DNA from: a virus
Lineage: Duplodnaviria > Caudoviricetes
IMG/VR virus record: IMGVR_UViG_3300027874_000580
Span: 1 to 35,316 of that record
Reading direction: 5' to 3' (one strand)
DNA length: 35,316 nt
The stretch's first letter is position 1. Each line of letters begins with the position of its first letter. The position numbers and the translations under genes were made by a program. Shown piece after piece: positions 33,003 to 35,316 of this stretch. Under the pieces are notes generated by a model. The model was not told where the DNA came from. It worked only from the letters and a program-made list of their open reading frames with translations, and searched no databases.

Positions 33003-33423
33003 CGGCGGCGAGCAGCTTGGGCTGTACGGGCAGGAACTGACCGAGGGCCACGCCCTGGCCCGGCAGCAGCTCGCCCGGCACGGCAAGGACCGGTACCCGA
33101 CGGTGGAGCTGCAGGCGGCCAAGGTGTGCGCCGAAGCCGGCGAGCTGATGGACGCGGTCTTGCACCACCACTACGCCGCGCACGGTGGCCGGTGCACCAG
33201 CCCGTGCCAGCACACCATCGCCGCCTCGATCCGCAAGGAACTGGCCGACACCGCGCTGGCGCTGTACACCCTCGCGGGCAAGCTGAACGTCAACCTGATC
33301 GAGTGCATGGCCGAGCTGGTCTGGAACGACGAACGGGACTTCCGGCCACCACAGCGGCTGATCATCAGAACAGGTGAAGGAGATGACCATGGATCTGGAC
33401 ATACTGACCGTCGACCCCGCTGA
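32992..33423 (+). CDS. MazG-like nucleotide pyrophosphohydrolase
   Basis: K..AEAGEL.DAV ... IRKELAD.......LA..L.VNL. Confidence 0.75.
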   Translation: MSGDGGEQLGLYGQELTEGHALARQQLARHGKDRYPTVELQAAKVCAEAGELMDAVLHHHYAAHGGRCTSPCQHTIAASIRKELADTALALYTLAGKLNVNLIECMAELVWNDERDFRPPQRLIIRTGEGDDHGSGHTDRRPR

Positions 33424-33976
33424 GGCCGAGGCCAAGATCGCGGAGTTCGAGGCGTCCGAGGCACGGATGCGGACCACCGTGGACCGGGCCATCGCCATGG
33501 TCTACCGCGCCGTCGCCCGGGGCCTGGGCGTGATCCGGCTGAGCCGGACGATCGAGGCCGGCGGCTACTTCAGCAACGGGCTGCCCAAGATCGCCGTGGT
33601 GCGCGCCGACGCCACCCAGTGCTTCTGCCACTGGGAATGGGACAGCGCGCTGATCTTCACCGACGAGGACTGGCGCACCAACCGGGGAGCCATGGTCGGC
33701 AAGCACTCCGTGCGGGTCCGCACCACCAGGCCCGACGGGGTGACCGGACGGCACAACTCGTGGTCCCGCGGCCAGACCATGGTGCCGCTGATCCCGCTGC
33801 CCCACCGGCCCCGGCCGCGCCGCCTCGCGGAGATGCACCTGCTGTGGGAGGTCGAGAAGTGGGAGCCGGTCCCCCCGGTGGACCCGGCGCTGATCAAGCA
33901 CCTGGGCGGCGACCTGTGGGTGGTGCTGGACGTCTTCAGCCTCACCGAGCTGGAACGGGCGGTGCTCGGTGGATAG
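33389..33976 (+). CDS. Phage-type hypothetical protein
   Basis: SD AAGGAGATGA. VPLIP..HRP...HLLWEVE.W...P.DP.L.KH.GGDLW...LTELERAVL. Confidence 0.75.
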   Translation: MDLDILTVDPAEAEAKIAEFEASEARMRTTVDRAIAMVYRAVARGLGVIRLSRTIEAGGYFSNGLPKIAVVRADATQCFCHWEWDSALIFTDEDWRTNRGAMVGKHSVRVRTTRPDGVTGRHNSWSRGQTMVPLIPLPHRPRPRRLAEMHLLWEVEKWEPVPPVDPALIKHLGGDLWVVLDVFSLTELERAVLGG

Positions 33977-34199
33977 CCAGCGGTCCACCCCGCCCGAGTA
34001 CGGCAGCCTGACCACGGTGGTCGACGCCGCCGGGCACGGCTGGTACTACGCCGGCCGCGCCGATGTGTGGGTGCCGATGTGCGAGGACCCGGGCTCGATC
34101 GGGCTGCCGGCCGCGATGTCCTGGCAGGCGCTCAACCACTGCTACGGCCCGGTGCGGCGGCCGGTGGTGAGCCAAAGGCAGATGTATCACCATGGATGA
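33969..34199 (+). CDS. Hypothetical protein
   Basis: TPPEYG..VVD..G..W...W......SW..L...YGPV pattern. Confidence 0.65.
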   Translation: MDSQRSTPPEYGSLTTVVDAAGHGWYYAGRADVWVPMCEDPGSIGLPAAMSWQALNHCYGPVRRPVVSQRQMYHHG

Positions 34200-34659
34200 G
34201 GCAACCCGGCAGGCCTACCTGCGGGTGTACGCGCAGGCCAAGGCTGGCCTGGCCAGCGCCGAGGCGGCACGGGCCCGCGAGGACCCCCTGGCCGAGCCCG
34301 CGGAGTGGTCGCGGTCGAGGACCATGGTGCCGGCCGACGCCCGCGGTGGCCCGGTGCTGGACGTCTGCTCGACCATCAGGGGCGGCGAGCACTGCACCCA
34401 CCTGGTGAGCGAGATCTGGACCATCGGCTGCCTGGAGAACGAGCACGCCGGCCCGCTGCCGTTCTGCCCGTGCTGCGGGGACGCGCGGATGCGCGAGCGC
34501 ACCACCCCGCTGTGCTGTGGCCAGTGCGGTGCGCGGATCATGGTCTTCAAGCGGGTGTCGGTGCCCGACGGGCTGGACCTGCCGCTGCCGCCGGGGGAGA
34601 TCCAGATGCCCGACGAGGCGGCGGCGTTCCTGCGCAGCCTGGGCTGGAGCACGCCATGA
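34192..34659 (+). CDS. Cys-rich hypothetical protein
   Basis: Multiple Cys clusters (C..EH, CPCC, CCGQC). Confidence 0.65.
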   Translation: MDEATRQAYLRVYAQAKAGLASAEAARAREDPLAEPAEWSRSRTMVPADARGGPVLDVCSTIRGGEHCTHLVSEIWTIGCLENEHAGPLPFCPCCGDARMRERTTPLCCGQCGARIMVFKRVSVPDGLDLPLPPGEIQMPDEAAAFLRSLGWSTP

Positions 34660-34880
34660 CGATCGAGGGCCCGCACCCGGGCAAGCGCTGTGACTGGCAC
34701 TGCGGGCTGGGCACCTGCACCGCCCCGCCGCTGATCCCGCCACCATGGTTCGTCGCCCAGTGGAACGAGCGCGGCCTGGCAGGCGCACCCTCCGCCACCG
34801 CCCTCGACCCGCTGGTGATGTTCTCCTGGCACCTGGCCGCCAAGCCGCCGGCCATGCCGCTGATCGTGACGGGGATCTAG
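34656..34880 (+). CDS. Hypothetical protein
   Basis: ATGA coupling at 34656. Confidence 0.55.
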   Translation: MTIEGPHPGKRCDWHCGLGTCTAPPLIPPPWFVAQWNERGLAGAPSATALDPLVMFSWHLAAKPPAMPLIVTGI

Positions 34881-34882
34881 CG

Positions 34883-35026
34883 ATGGCTGAGAGGTTCGAG
34901 CACCCGCACATCAACTTCGACGGCATCGGGGACAGCGATCCGTGGGACCTGATCCGGTGGGGCTGGCGGCGCTGCGGCGACGGGGTGTGGCGGCTGCCCG
35001 GCGACTGGCCGCCGCTGGTGGCGTGA
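34883..35026 (+). CDS. Small Trp-rich hypothetical protein
   Basis: Fills the gap, with TGATG coupling to the next gene. Confidence 0.5.
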   Translation: MAERFEHPHINFDGIGDSDPWDLIRWGWRRCGDGVWRLPGDWPPLVA

Positions 35027-35316
35027 TGGACAGCGAATGGTGTGAGATCTGCGCCTACCCGGTGGCGCTGTGCAGCCACCGGCAGATCACCGCGGCCACC
35101 TACACCAGGCCGGGCGTGTCAACGGTCACCGTCGACTGGGATGGCATCGCCGCGCTGGCCGAGGAGAACATGACCCACGAGTTCGGCCCGGTGATCACCG
35201 CGAAGTACGCGGGCAGCTGCTGCCTGTGTGGCATACGCTGGGAGCCCGGCATGGCGATCGCCAAGTGCGTTGACGAAGATCGCTACGCCTGCGGAGACTG
35301 CCAGAGACGGAGATGA
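35026..35316 (+). CDS. Zinc-finger-like hypothetical protein
   Basis: CEIC...C.H and ITAKYAGSC.LCG...PG..I...CGDC. Confidence 0.65.
   Translation: MDSEWCEICAYPVALCSHRQITAATYTRPGVSTVTVDWDGIAALAEENMTHEFGPVITAKYAGSCCLCGIRWEPGMAIAKCVDEDRYACGDCQRRR

Larger units (their letters stand above)
981..35316. mobile_element. Actinobacterial phage/plasmid-like element combining a TraB-type transfer cluster with a phage-type replication module (partial)
   Basis: Dense, translationally coupled small ORFs, no housekeeping genes, TraB/GntR/DUF2637 cluster and PolA-SNF2-AAA_24-PrimPol-MazG genes. No integrase or capsid genes were recognised. Confidence 0.8.

Noticed and set aside
28376-33423. Z-genome (DpoZ/PurZ/MazZ) system
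   Set aside because: No PurZ or DatZ-like gene seen. PolA plus MazG alone is common in phages.
1-35316. tRNA, rRNA, integrase or virion structural genes
   Set aside because: None recognised by eye. tRNAscan and HMM searches would be needed to exclude divergent copies.

Overview
High-GC window with two unrelated parts. Bases 1-~980 hold bacterial PTS genes: ptsH (cut by the window edge) and the 5' part of ptsI. ptsI breaks off at ~981 and runs into unrelated sequence, so this is either an assembly chimera or an insertion junction. The remaining ~34 kb look like an actinobacterial phage/plasmid-type element. It carries (i) a Streptomyces plasmid/AICE-type transfer cluster (TraB-like FtsK ATPase, membrane proteins, KorSA-like GntR regulator, DUF2637-like protein, RHH), (ii) a ~12 kb leftward array of small unknown genes with a C5 DNA methyltransferase and a GIY-YIG nuclease, and (iii) a phage-type replication module (family A DNA polymerase, RuvC-like resolvase, SNF2 helicase, PD-(D/E)XK nuclease, AAA_24 ATPase, DUF669-like SSB, Prim-Pol, MazG-like). 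I recognised no integrase or virion genes. The most notable observations are three unrelated proteins sharing a ~20-aa C-terminal helix (DxxYExVxxIx[ED][EQ]IxRIxG), five copies of a promoter cassette with a palindromic -35 and a sequence-variable hairpin around the -10, a dual-frame methyltransferase, two Met-His repeat membrane peptides and a twin-hairpin intergenic element. All family calls come from reading motifs by eye, not from database searches.
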